A DNA stretch of 64,000 nucleotides from Nemertoderma westbladi. Taxonomy: Eukaryota; Animalia; Xenacoelomorpha. The stretch covers positions 1-64,000 of the forward strand of contig JAUCBJ010003608.1 in NCBI GenBank assembly GCA_032718475.1, given 5' to 3'. Positions within the stretch are counted from its first letter, which is position 1. Every line of letters begins with the position of its first letter. Shown here in pieces: positions 12,896-24,950 of the stretch. Position numbers and translations under genes: made by a program. The notes under the pieces are model-generated. The model saw only the letters and a program-made list of their open reading frames with translations, did no database searches and was not told the origin of the DNA.

Positions 12896-13404
12896 CAACC
12901 TTGATTTTTTAATGACATAACAGCATAGCAGATAATACACAATACTATGTTATTTTATTTCACTGTTCTACTGTATGTTTCTTTCATCAGCACTACTGTT
13001 GACTGCTCTTTACTTGATTATTTAAATTACCATTTATATAATAGGTAATTTTTATTTTCCTGCTTTCTGTAGGCCATGTTTTTATCAGCTCTACACCGGT
13101 ATACTATTGATTTTTAAATCACCATTTGATATACTGTATATTTTAATTAGATGCATTGGTCACCTTTCTTTTAGATAATTCCGTTTTCTTTTCTCCGTCT
13201 TTCTGTATAATTCCATTTCCGTGTCTGTTTTTATCTTATTCTGTGTTCGCTTAGCAACTGTGAGTGTACCTGGGTTTTTACCGTAAGTGTACCTAGTTGT
13301 TTTTCTCCGGTGACAATTTTAATTAATTTTATAATATTTCACTGTGTTTAATAATAATAATAATATATTTTTATATTTATATTTATATTTTTTTTTTCAC
13401 CTAA

Positions 13405-13719
13405 AGCCCTGTTCACATCCAACGGTACGTGAGCTGTAAAGTAGTCTGGCGGTATTGAAGCGGTAAGCCAGCGGTACACTACCCGGAGCCCGTTCACACC
13501 CAACGGTACCGTTGCGGTAACTGATTGTCTATCTGTGGACTGTGAATTCAACAGGAAATTATTACATTAATTGTTTTAACATTGTTTAAATGGGCTGCGG
13601 TAAACCGCGCGGTTTAGCGCACAACTACAGTACCTGTTGGGTCGTTCACAGTCAGCGGTGTACAGCTGGCCCTGCGGTACACCGCGCGGTGTACCGTTCC
13701 GTTGGATGTGAACGGGCCT
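13405..13719. mobile_element. MITE, PIF/Harbinger-like
   Basis: TIRs agccctgttcacatccaacgg / ccgttggatgtgaacgggcct flanked by TAA / TTA. Internal copies of the gttcaca motif. Confidence 0.7.
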
Positions 13720-13985
13720 TTAGGGGTGTTGTTGTTGTAAGTTGTAGGCCTAGTCCTATATCGGCAGTTCGATATAGTTGAAAAATATTACAAAGCTCAG
13801 AAGGAAATTTTATAACTAGTTGGCACGATAAAGAAAAAGAAAAGCGTTTCTCAGGATGACGAAAACTACTTTCTGAACTTCTGAATGACATGTCGGAAAT
13901 GTACAGTATTGCTTGTATTTGCTTCCGCTGCAACCTAAATGATACAGGCTGTATAATTATGTAATAGTGTCCCTGTGACATCTTA

Positions 13986-14338
13986 CAGTGAAACCTGAAA
14001 AAGGTGGACAGTCCTATTAAGGTACTACAAAACAGCATTGTTTAATACGTTTCTGATTGGGCAGACTATTATCTATGTCTTGTCTTATGTGCCTGTCGGC
14101 TGTCGCCTGTGTCCAGTCCACCTTTTTCAAACACATACAGACATATCTGCATATCTTATTCACTTAGGCCTATTCCCAATTATGTAGGCCTAATTAAGAA
14201 AGCGAAAACTTGAAAAAGGTGGACATGGACACTTGAACAGAGCAATCGCTATAAACTGTATTGCTAAATAAATACGTTTCTTATTGGTCTCTATTGTCCA
14301 CGTTTCTGTGTCCAGTCCACTTTTTTCAAACACTCCTG
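13986..14338. mobile_element. MITE-like element with two internal inverted pairs, TA-flanked (Tc1/mariner-like)
   Basis: TA|CAG...CTG|TA ends. gaaaaaggtggaca and gtccac(c/t)tttttcaaa each occur twice in alternating orientation. Confidence 0.4.
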
Positions 14339-14807
14339 TAAGCCTGTAGTGCAGTAGTAGCCTACTGTAGTAATGCTGTAATCTGGTAATGTCTGAATGT
14401 AGTATTACAGTACAGTATTATGTTTATAAACAGTAAAGATACATTTGATCAATGTAAAATAATAAAACGAGATGGAAATTTTTTTGTGCGCATTGCACAT
14501 TGGATATTTGGATGAGGCGGATTGTGGCGGAGCTCATTTACCTACGCAGCTACGGGTATACCAGTCAGCCAGTATACACTACAACGACTACAGTCACCTC
14601 TAATTTAATTTAAATTGACACCAATATTGTCAGATTGTTGGCCTCTGGTCACTGGTACCGTACTGCCGTATGCTGTAGTAGTAGGGTAGGTAGGAAGGAC
14701 CTACTGCCGCTATCCTCTATCAGGCTGTTGCAGTATTGGTACCGGTACTGCTGTGCTGAAATCTAGTTGCGGCGTTACTCCATACGGTACTCAGTTACTA
14801 GATTACC

Positions 14808-15845
14808 ATGACTGTGGAGAAGTACGCGATATTGCATCGCCACGCCGGACTCGGTAACTTTGGCTTCTCCGTGATCGGGGGTTCAGGAACTCAGTTCCCT
14901 CCGATTATATGCGACACCCTGCAGGACAGTCCAGCTGCGATGTGCCCGCAACTGAACCCTGGCGACGTTATTATCGAGATAAACGGGACCTCAGTGGGAG
15001 AATTCACGACCAGTCGTGTCGTAAACCTCCTTAAAAACTCCCCGGATCAAATACTCTTGAAACTCCGCTCGGACCCCGAGATTAAGAAACAAGCGGCCGA
15101 ATTTCTGGACAACGAGACCGTGGATGAGGCGAAGTTACGTTGCGCGATATCGCAGTCTGATCTCAACGCCTCCGACAAACTCATCGTTAAATCATCTCAG
15201 TTCGACGTTCCCCAGTTCCAGTCTACGAGCAGTGAGGTGCTAGGGAGTCCATGCCATCGATCCCGTGACGACCTGCTCACATCCAAGGAGTCACTGCTCA
15301 GTACTCGCAGCATGCCATTGGGGGGCGGGACCCTTAGTCTGGTAAAGGTTAACGAGTTGCAGCCGTCGCTTGGGGGACACAGTCGTCAGCGTTCCCTAGG
15401 CGACACACCCGCGGGAGAGGTGCCCCCTCGCGGCAGCCTCGATATGGCCTGTATTTATAACGAGGTCCATTGTCGCTCCAGCGGTTCTAAGAAAGTCGAC
15501 ACCGCTGCCGACGGTCACATTAATATAACCCTAAATCCCGCCCCGTTCCCAAATCCCTCAGAATCAGCTAGAACCCTCAATCCCTCCGAATCAGCTACAA
15601 CCCTCAATCCCTCCGATATCTCTCAATCAATCAGTCAAGGGTCCCTTTTTCGGGAAGTCAATGATTCACTTGTAAGAATGGGGGCCGAAAGCCTATCTTC
15701 TCCCCCACCCCGCCCCCACACTCCCCTCCTCCCGTCCTGCCCCCGCTCCCACACTCCCCTCCTCCCGTCCAGACCCCGCTCCCACACTCCCCTCCCACCC
15801 CGCTCCTACACTCCCCTCCTCCCACCCCGCTCCCCTACTCCCTCC
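14808..15845 (+). CDS. EFA6/PSD-family Arf6 GEF, N-terminal part: PDZ domain plus Ser/Pro-rich linker (3' boundary uncertain)
   Basis: ATG in accATGa context. PDZ signature GNFGFSVIGG...DSPAA...LNPGDVIIEING...VVNLLK. An N-terminal PDZ is known in invertebrate Efa6. This frame stays open to 15971 and overlaps the Sec7 frame. Confidence 0.72.
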
Positions 15846-15846
15846 C

Positions 15847-17463
15847 CATTGTTACACAGACGACGAAGACGACCTCTCAGCTGGGGAGGACGTCCTCCTA
15901 GATTTAGAGGAGTTGTGCCGCCAGAGTCCCCGTGGCTACATCGACATTCCGTCCGCGGAACGCCTCGCTAAACGGCTCTACAACCTCGACGGCTTCCGTA
16001 AATCCGACGTGTCCGCCCATCTCTCCAAGAACAACGACTTCAGTGAGCTGGTCGCAGACTCCTACCTGCGCTACTTCCAGTTCCACAACGAGACCTTAGA
16101 TGTCTCGCTACGTAAGTTCCTCCAGCGGTTCTCCCTTGGGGGTGAGACACAGGAGCGTGAGCGCGTGCTACGACGGTTCGCTGGGCGCTACTTAGCGCAC
16201 AACGCCGCCACATACACCGACGTGGAGGCCGTTAACGCGCTCACCTGCGCGATAATGTTACTCAATACGGACCTGCACAGCGCGGGAAACTCAGGGAAAC
16301 GGATCAGTTTCCCGGAGTTCGTCGCCAACCTCGAGGGGGTGAGTTCCGGTTCCAACTTCCCGCGAGAGTCGCTGAAACTCCTTTACCGGAGTATCCGAAA
16401 GGAGCCGATACAATGGGCGCTGGACTCCCCTTCAGGGAGCTGCTCCCCTCCGGGTTCCAACCCCTTCCTCGATACCAACTCCCGGCGGGATTCCACGGTC
16501 TTCGCTCAGTCCTACTTACTGAGGAAACGGGTAACCCAGGGCGACGGGAAACCAGTGGCTGTGGGGAAGCGCGGCTGGAAGTTGTTCTATGTGACACTCC
16601 GAGGCCTCCAGCTCTACTTCCACAGGTCGGAAGAGGAAGCCACCGATCGGTTCTACGAGGTGTCCCAGATGGTGGGGGTCCATCACGCTCTGGCCTCCAT
16701 CGCCAAGGACTACCGGAAGAAGGAGTTCGTCTTCCGATTGCGGACTTCCGACTGGTCGCAGTTCCTCTTCCAATGCGGCGACGCTCGCGAACTCAACCAG
16801 TGGTGCAACTACATCAACCTCGGTAGCGCCACGCTCTCGGCTGCCCCCCTGCCGGCGGCGTGCGGCTCCCGGGACCCCCATCGGTTCCTTCGGCCGCTAC
16901 TCCCGAGCGGGACAACGCGACTTGGCTGCGGAGAGTCGCTGCGACTCTGGGAGGGGAAACTGGCGGAGATGGAGGACGAGTTGGCGGACCACAGGGACCA
17001 GACGCCCGCGGGAGGCAAGGTCAGTGGGTCCGGGGACCAGGGGGGCAAGGGGGCTGGCACCTCCAGGTATTTGTCCCACTACCAGGATAAACTCCAGTAC
17101 TTAGAGTTCGAAGTAGCTCGTTACGGTGTCTACGTTGAGTTGCTGCTCTCCTCGGCTCAGGGACAGCCCAACCCGCAACTAACCGACGTGCGATCGTTGC
17201 GTAAGTCCGACTCCTACGGGGTCAGCACGGAAGGTACGGCGGCCAGTAGCAGCGAGTTGGATGAGAACCCCGGCAGTCAGAGGTTGAGTTACATACAGGC
17301 GGTGTACCAGGTCGAGGATGAGCTGAGTGAGGCGGAGGAGGCTAGTGTGGAAGAGGGGTTGCTCGAGGGTGATTGCGGGGAGGAGGTTGATTCTAGGGTT
17401 GGCCGTGTACCGGGGTACGTAGGTGCCTGTTCCATTAACGAAGCTGGTATTTGTAAGTCCTAA
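15847..17463 (+). CDS. PSD: EFA6/PSD-family Arf6 GEF, Sec7 + PH + coiled-coil part (5' boundary uncertain)
   Basis: SAERLAKRLYNLDGFRKSDVSAHLSKNNDFS, FSLGGETQERERVL (glutamic finger), LTCAIMLLNTDLH, PH domain GKRGWKLFYVTLRGLQLYF...HHALA...DYRKKEFVFRLRTSDWSQFLFQ, SAAPLPAACGS...FLRPLLPS, YLEFEVARY. Frame open from 15676. Confidence 0.92.
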   Translation, partial: HCYTDDEDDLSAGEDVLLDLEELCRQSPRGYIDIPSAERLAKRLYNLDGFRKSDVSAHLSKNNDFSELVADSYLRYFQFHNETLDVSLRKFLQRFSLGGETQERERVLRRFAGRYLAHNAATYTDVEAVNALTCAIMLLNTDLHSAGNSGKRISFPEFVANLEGVSSGSNFPRESLKLLYRSIRKEPIQWALDSPSGSCSPPGSNPFLDTNSRRDSTVFAQSYLLRKRVTQGDGKPVAVGKRGWKLFYVTLRGLQLYFHRSEEEATDRFYEVSQMVGVHHALASIAKDYRKKEFVFRLRTSDWSQFLFQCGDARELNQWCNYINLGSATLSAAPLPAACGSRDPHRFLRPLLPSGTTRLGCGESLRLWEGKLAEMEDELADHRDQTPAGGKVSGSGDQGGKGAGTSRYLSHYQDKLQYLEFEVARYGVYVELLLSSAQGQPNPQLTDVRSLRKSDSYGVSTEGTAASSSELDENPGSQRLSYIQAVYQVEDELSEAEEASVEEGLLEGDCGEEVDSRVGRVPGYVGACSINEAGICKS

Positions 17464-18199
17464 CGGCCGCATATCAGTGATGTCACAGCATTGCAGGTAC
17501 ATAATAATAGTGAGTTTGTTGTACGAGTTGCCATACATGAATTAGGGTATTAATTTTAGTAATTGGATTGGTAGTAAGTAAAGTATGTATGTGATCACGA
17601 GGAAGAAAAAAGTATCATATGGAAAAGTGGTAACAAATTGAAATGGCAATTAGTTTAGTATTTTGGTTAGGGACACGAACTCTGTTCCCTAATAGCCCCT
17701 GGTGTATTAAATACACTAAAACACGATTTTTTAATACACTTTTTTGTTTCCATTGTCAACTAACTCACTTCTTACTCCTGAATTTAATAATAAGCACCAA
17801 AAACCCACTCACAAAGCGCGGTGTATCAGAGCATCTTGGTTTTGGCGGCTATTTTATTAAAATATTTAGTTTTTTTATTGATTGAAATATTCGGCTTCAA
17901 TTTGTCGCGCTTACCATGCCTAAAATTGTAGTAGCCTTTATGGGAAACTGTGAAGATAAATATTGAGTACTAAGTTTATGAAACGTATTTATAAAACAAA
18001 GTTGACTTATTTGGGATAAACGTTAACTAATTACTGTATAGAGTAGCTGGCCTGTCTGTAACTATATAGGGTTTGATTTTGTTTTGTTAAATTTATTCTT
18101 TTATCGCTTCAATTTCATTGTTTTATATGTTATTTTAAACTTTGTGCCTGCTGCCCTTATTATATATAGATTAATTATTTATGTTTTTTAGTTTAAAAT

Positions 18200-19222
18200 T
18201 ATCCAGGAGGCGCAGTGATCCGTTGTCCACAATGTTCCATGATGCGCAGTGATCCGTTGGCCACAGTGTTTCATGAAGCACAGTGATCCGTTGGCCACAG
18301 TGTTTCATGAAGCGCAGTGATCCGTTGGCCACAGTGATCCATGAAGCGCAGTGAACCATTGGCCACAGTGATCCATGAAGCGCAGTGATCCGTTGGCCAC
18401 AGTGATCCAGGAGACGCAGTGATCCGTTGGCCACAGTGATCCATGAGGCGCAGTCATCCGTTGGCCACAGTCACAGTGTTCCATGAGACGCAGTGATCCA
18501 TGAGGCGTAGCGAACCATTGGCCACAGTGATCCATGACGCCCAGTGAACCATTGGCCACATTGATCCATGAGGCGCAGTGATCCGTTGGACAGTGTTCCA
18601 TGAGGCGCAGTGATCCGTTGGTCACAGTGTTCCATGATGCGCAGTGATTCGTTGGGCACATTGTTCCATGAGGCGCAGTGATCCGTTGGCCACAGTGTAC
18701 CATGAGGCGCAGTGATCCGTTGGCGTTACGTTCCATGAGGCGCAGTCATCCGTTGGCCACAGTGATCCATGAGGCCCAGTAATCCGTTGGCCACAGTGTT
18801 CCATGAGGCGCAGTGATCCGTTGGGCGCAGTGTTCCATGTGAGGCCCAGTGATCCGTTGGCCACAGTGTCCCATGAGGCCCAGTGATCCGTTGGGCACAG
18901 TGTTCCATGTGAGGCCCATTGATCCGTTGGCCACTGTGTTCCATGAGGCGCAGTGATCCGTTGGTTACAGTGTTCCATGAGGCCCAGTGATCCGTTGGCC
19001 ACAGTGTTCCATGCGAGGCGCAGTGATCCGTTGGCCACAGTGTTCTATGAGGCCCAGTGATCCGTTGGCCACAGTGTTCCATGAGGCGCAGTGATCCGTT
19101 GGCCACAGTGTTCCATGAGGCCTAGTGATCCGTTGACCACATTGTTCCATGGAGCGCAGTGATCCGTTGGCTACAGTGTTCCATGAAGCGCAGCGATCCG
19201 TTGGCCACAGTGATCCATGAGC
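18200..19222. repeat. Degenerate 34-bp minisatellite (17+17 substructure), ~30 units
   Basis: Consensus gcagtgatccgttggccacagtgttccatgaggc with many point variants; ends next to an inverted copy of the unit at 19234-19252. Confidence 0.92.
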
Positions 19223-19629
19223 ACAGCGGTCCTTGCGCCATGGGGCACTGTGTGATACAGACAAGGGCCTTCGCAAACATTGGTATTTATTCTGTAAGAC
19301 TTCAAGTAATTTATACCCTTGGTCGGTGTGTTTGATCTATACAGTTATTGTATCGTATACCCCACATTAATTTGTTTATTTCCCGTATATTATTTCCCTT
19401 TAGTTTTTATTTACTCAGCACTGCTTCAACTTTATATAATTATTTGGATATTTCTAACGTAACGATTCTTATTTTTTGTCATTTAAATATATATATATAT
19501 ACACATTATATAACGGATGATAGGATCAGTTTATGTTTTTAAATTTGAAACTTTAAATTTGTTTATTTTTAGTCATTTGTTATTTTTTGGTACCGGTACT
19601 TAACCACCCATTTGATATTTCATGTTGAG

Positions 19630-19825
19630 ATGGGGGGGGGGGGGGGGGATTTCGACGCAATAATAATTCATCCCTCCATGGGAAATTTGCCGCAAATATC
19701 AGTTTGATTACTCCCAGAAATAAAATTGTTTAACGTGCCACTGTAACCTGCTCTTTTCCCAAAATTGAGGATTTAACATTGAGGTGAATTATAAATGGGG
19801 ATTTGCGTCCCCCCCCCCCTCCCCT
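19630..19825. mobile_element. Short MITE-like inverted structure with poly-G / poly-C ends
   Basis: G-run + gacgcaa + ataattcatccctccatg on the left pairs with cattgaggtgaattat + ttgcgtc + C-run on the right. Confidence 0.4.
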
Positions 19826-19993
19826 ATGTCTTTATCTTTATGTTAACTACAACAGTTCCAGTACATTCATCATTATTTATAATAGTTATTTGTGCTATTT
19901 GGTCTCAAATTCAACTGGTTCTTGAGGTTGATTTAATATTGTTTTATTGTTTGAGACATCAGTGAGCTGCACCAAACACCTCAAGAGTTGGAG

Positions 19994-20562
19994 GCTGAAA
20001 CACGTGAGATTGTTGCTGAAACATTGTTGCTGAAACACGTGAGATTGTTGCTGAAACACGTGAGATTGTTGCTGAAACACGTGAGATTGTTGCTGAAACA
20101 CGTGAGATTGTTGCTAAAACACGTGCGATTGTTGCTGAAACACGTGAGATTGTTGCTGAAACACGTGAGATTGTTGCTGAAACACGTGAGATTGTTGCTG
20201 AAACACGTGAGATTGTTGCTGAACTGAAACACGTGAGATTGTTGCTGAAACACTTGAGATTGTTGCTGAAACACGTGAGATTGTTGCTGAAACACGTGAG
20301 ATTGTTGCTGAAACATGTGAGATTGTTGCTGAACTGAAACACGTGAGATTGTTGCTGAAACACGTGCGATTGTTGCTGAAACACGTGAGATTGTTGCTGA
20401 AACACGTGAGATTGTTGCTGAAACACGTGAGATTGTTGCTGAAACACGTGAGATTGTTGCTGAAACACGTGAGATTGTTGCTGAAACACGTGAGATTGTT
20501 GCTGAAACACGTGAGATTGTTGCTGAAACACGTGAGATTGTTGCTGAAACACGTGAGATTGT
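19994..20562. repeat. 21-bp minisatellite, ~27 copies
   Basis: Unit gctgaaacacgtgagattgtt. Confidence 0.95.
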
Positions 20563-20918
20563 TTTGCCCACGGATTGGTTAGAATACACGCCAAACTTCG
20601 ATTTAAGTTCTTAAGTTGGTGAAAAAATTTATTTTGATAAATGTATATAGTCCTGAGACTGAGAGCGCCAATGATTATTGGTGAATCTTCTTGAAAACAT
20701 ACAGAGGTGTACGAAATTTGGCATGTTGTCTGTGATATTCCACACTAATGTTACAATTATGTGTGTCTGTTACAAGTGATTGCCGCACTATTGTCTTTTA
20801 TCAAGTTTGTTAACGATTCTAGCCATTATAAATATATTTCAATAAGTACGTGCGTGCCCTAAGTCACCGATGCATAGATGCCGGTAAGGTTACAGTTAGA
20901 CCGGTCAGTGACAAAAAA

Positions 20919-21112
20919 AGTCTAGGTTTGGCTTATATTTCGAACTACAGTTCTTATTCAAAAGCCTACTGACTCTGTTTAAGTAGCAAGAAATGAAGTA
21001 AATAATAAATAAATCTCTGTAATGAATGTGTTAATTTCTTGCTACTTAAACAGAGTCAGGGCGGGGCTTTTGAATAAGAATTGTAGTTCGAAATATAAGC
21101 CAAACCTACACT
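20919..21112. mobile_element. Foldback/MITE hairpin with ~75-bp arms
   Basis: taggtttggcttatatttcgaactacagttcttattcaaaagcc...ctgactctgtttaagtagcaagaaat pairs with its reverse complement ending at ~21108. Confidence 0.75.
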
Positions 21113-21718
21113 CTATAATAAATACTTCGAAATTTCGAAATATAAGCCAAATCATGTTCATTGCATTCTATTTATTTTGAACAGGGTTAACCTGTTGGTT
21201 CGTTTAAAGCCAGCTTGCCGCAGTTCTAGTTAAAGAAGAGTAGTTATTATAACTATAAGCTAGTAAGTCAGTTGTGAGTATTAATAAACAGGTAATTAAT
21301 TTATATTATTGCTATTTTATACCATAGATGACGTAGGCTGGTTTTATCATGATTATAATGGTGCAGTTTACTCTATTGTTTGATGTAATAGTCACCTTTT
21401 TTTAAATTATGTTTAAAGCCACAGTACATTATAAATCTATAATTAATTTTCAATTGCATTTTATTTTAAATATTATTCGAGCGTAACAATTATGTATATT
21501 AATCATTATATTTTTACATAGGGAGTGTAGCTATTCCATTATTGAATATTTAAATGTGAATGAAGACTTTAATAATATCTAACGGATATGTATAGTAAAA
21601 CAGCACAATATTTTTTAAAATAAATAAATATAAATAAGCAGACCTATAATAATCATTTTAATCAATTATTAAAATATTAAATAAATAAATGGATCTACGG
21701 GTCCAATTTGAGTGCCTA

Positions 21719-24700
21719 CAGATGGAACGCCAGGTGCAGGTCGGATCCATGCGAGGGGACACTGGCTGCAGATGGAACGCCAGGTGCAGGTCGGATCCAT
21801 GCGAGGGGACACTGGCTGCAGATGGAACGCCAGGTGCAGGTCGGATCCATGCGAGGGGACACTGGCTGCAGATGGAACGCCAGGTGCAGGTCGGATCCAT
21901 GCGAGGGGACACTGGCTGCAGATGGAACGCCAGGTGCAGGTCGGATCCATGCGAGGGGACACTGGCTGCAGATGGAACGCCAGGTGCAGGTCGGATCCAT
22001 GCGAGGGGACACTGGCTGCAGATGGAACGCCAGGTGCAGGTCGGATCCATGCGAGGGGACACTGGCTGCAGATGGAACGCCAGGTGCAGGTCGGATCCAT
22101 GCGAGGGGACACTGGCTGCAGATGGAACGCCAGGTGCAGGTCGGATCCATGCGAGGGGACACTGGCTGCAGATGGAACGCCAGGTGCAGGTCGGATCCAT
22201 GCGAGGGGACACTGGCTGCAGATGGAACGCCAGGTGCAGGTCGGATCCATGCGAGGGGACACTGGCTGCAGATGGAACGCCAGGTGCAGGTCGGATCCAT
22301 GCGAGGGGACACTGGCTGCAGATGGAACGCCAGGTGCAGGTCGGATCCATGCGAGGGGACACTGGCTGCAGATGGAACGCCAGGTGCAGGTCGGATCCAT
22401 GCGAGGGGACACTGGCTGCAGATGGAACGCCAGGTGCAGGTCGGATCCATGCGAGGGGACACTGGCTGCAGATGGAACGCCAGGTGCAGGTCGGATCCAT
22501 GCGAGGGGACACTGGCTGCAGATGGAACGCCAGGTGCAGGTCGGATCCATGCGAGGGGACACTGGCTGCAGATGGAACGCCAGGTGCAGGTCGGATCCAT
22601 GCGAGGGGACACTGGCTGCAGATGGAACGCCAGGTGCAGGTCGGATCCATGCGAGGGGACACTGGCTGCAGATGGAACGCCAGGTGCAGGTCGGATCCAT
22701 GCGAGGGGACACTGGCTGCAGATGGAACGCCAGGTGCAGGTCGGATCCATGCGAGGGGACACTGGCTGCAGATGGAACGCCAGGTGCAGGTCGGATCCAT
22801 GCGAGGGGACACTGGCTGCAGATGGAACGCCAGGTGCAGGTCGGATCCATGCGAGGGGACACTGGCTGCAGATGGAACGCCAGGTGCAGGTCGGATCCAT
22901 GCGAGGGGACACTGGCTGCAGATGGAACGCCAGGTGCAGGTCGGATCCATGCGAGGGGACACTGGCTGCAGATGGAACGCCAGGTGCAGGTCGGATCCAT
23001 GCGAGGGGACACTGGCTGCAGATGGAACGCCAGGTGCAGGTCGGATCCATGCGAGGGGACACTGGCTGCAGATGGAACGCCAGGTGCAGGTCGGATCCAT
23101 GCGAGGGGACACTGGCTGCAGATGGAACGCCAGGTGCAGGTCGGATCCATGCGAGGGGACACTGGCTGCAGATGGAACGCCAGGTGCAGGTCGGATCCAT
23201 GCGAGGGGACACTGGCTGCAGATGGAACGCCAGGTGCAGGTCGGATCCATGCGAGGGGACACTGGCTGCAGATGGAACGCCAGGTGCAGGTCGGATCCAT
23301 GCGAGGGGACACTGGCTGCAGATGGAACGCCAGGTGCAGGTCGGATCCATGCGAGGGGACACTGGCTGCAGATGGAACGCCAGGTGCAGGTCGGATCCAT
23401 GCGAGGGGACACTGGCTGCAGATGGAACGCCAGGTGCAGGTCGGATCCATGCGAGGGGACACTGGCTGCAGATGGAACGCCAGGTGCAGGTCGGATCCAT
23501 GCGAGGGGACACTGGCTGCAGATGGAACGCCAGGTGCAGGTCGGATCCATGCGAGGGGACACTGGCTGCAGATGGAACGCCAGGTGCAGGTCGGATCCAT
23601 GCGAGGGGACACTGGCTGCAGATGGAACGCCAGGTGCAGGTCGGATCCATGCGAGGGGACACTGGCTGCAGATGGAACGCCAGGTGCAGGTCGGATCCAT
23701 GCGAGGGGACACTGGCTGCAGATGGAACGCCAGGTGCAGGTCGGATCCATGCGAGGGGACACTGGCTGCAGATGGAACGCCAGGTGCAGGTCGGATCCAT
23801 GCGAGGGGACATTGGGTGCAGATGGAACGCCAGGTGCAGGTCGGATCCATGCGAGGGGACACTGGCTGCAGATGGAACGCCAGGTGCAGGTCGGATCCAT
23901 GCGAGGGGACACTGGCTGCAGATGGAACGCCAGGTGCAGGTCGGATCCATGCGAGGGGACACTGGCTGCAGATGGAACGCCAGGTGCAGGTCGGATCCAT
24001 GCGAGGGGACACTGGCTGCAGATGGAACGCCAGGTGCAGGTCGGATCCATGCGAGGGGACACTGGCTGCAGATGGAACGCCAGGTGCAGGTCGGATCCAT
24101 GCGAGGGGACACTGGCTGCAGATGGAACGCCAGGTGCAGGTCGGATCCATGCGAGGGGACACTGGCTGCAGATGGAACGCCAGGTGCAGGTCGGATCCAT
24201 GCGAGGGGACACTGGCTGCAGATGGAACGCCAGGTGCAGGTCGGATCCATGCGAGGGGACACTGGCTGCAGATGGAACGCCAGGTGCAGGTCGGATCCAT
24301 GCGAGGGGACACTGGCTGCAGATGGAACGCCAGGTGCAGGTCGGATCCATGCGAGGGGACACTGGCTGCAGATGGAACGCCAGGTGCAGGTCGGATCCAT
24401 GCGAGGGGACACTGGCTGCAGATGGAACGCCAGGTGCAGGTCGGATCCATGCGAGGGGACACTGGCTGCAGATGGAACGCCAGGTGCAGGTCGGATCCAT
24501 GCGAGGGGACACTGGCTGCAGATGGAACGCCAGGTGCAGGTCGGATCCATGCGAGGGGACACTGGCTGCAGATGGAACGCCAGGTGCAGGTCGGATCCAT
24601 GCGAGGGGACACTGGCTGCAGATGGAACGCCAGGTGCAGGTCGGATCCATGCGAGGGGACACTGGCTGCAGATGGAACGCCAGGTGCAGGTCGGATCCAT

Positions 24701-24950
24701 GCGAGGGGACACTGGCTGCAGATGGAACGCCAGGTGCAGGTCGGATCCATGCGAGGGGACACTGGCTGCAGATGGAACGCCAGGTGCAGGTCGGATCCAT
24801 GCGAGGGGACACTGGCTGCAGATGGAACGCCAGGTGCAGGTCGGATCCATGCGAGGGGACACTGGCTGCAGATGGAACGCCAGGTGCAGGTCGGATCCAT
24901 GCGAGGGGACACTGGCTGCAGATGGAACGCCAGGTGCAGGTCGGATCCAT
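21719..24950. repeat. 50-bp GC-rich satellite, ~65 near-identical copies
   Basis: Unit gatggaacgccaggtgcaggtcggatccatgcgaggggacactggctgca; only one variant unit seen (attgggtgca at 23811). Confidence 0.98.

Noticed and set aside
15642-15656. CTT TTT CGG as a UUU_CGN +1 frameshift site for PSD
   Set aside because: A +1 shift here meets TAA at 15673-15675, and combining it with the 15672-15859 intron also fails to reach the Sec7 frame.
16304-17538. Short overlapping and antisense ORFs over PSD (likewise over the Gypsy pol)
   Set aside because: Shadow ORFs of GC-rich coding sequence with no recognisable motifs.
21719-24950. Satellite-encoded hammerhead ribozyme
   Set aside because: No CUGANGA / GAAA core on either strand of the unit.
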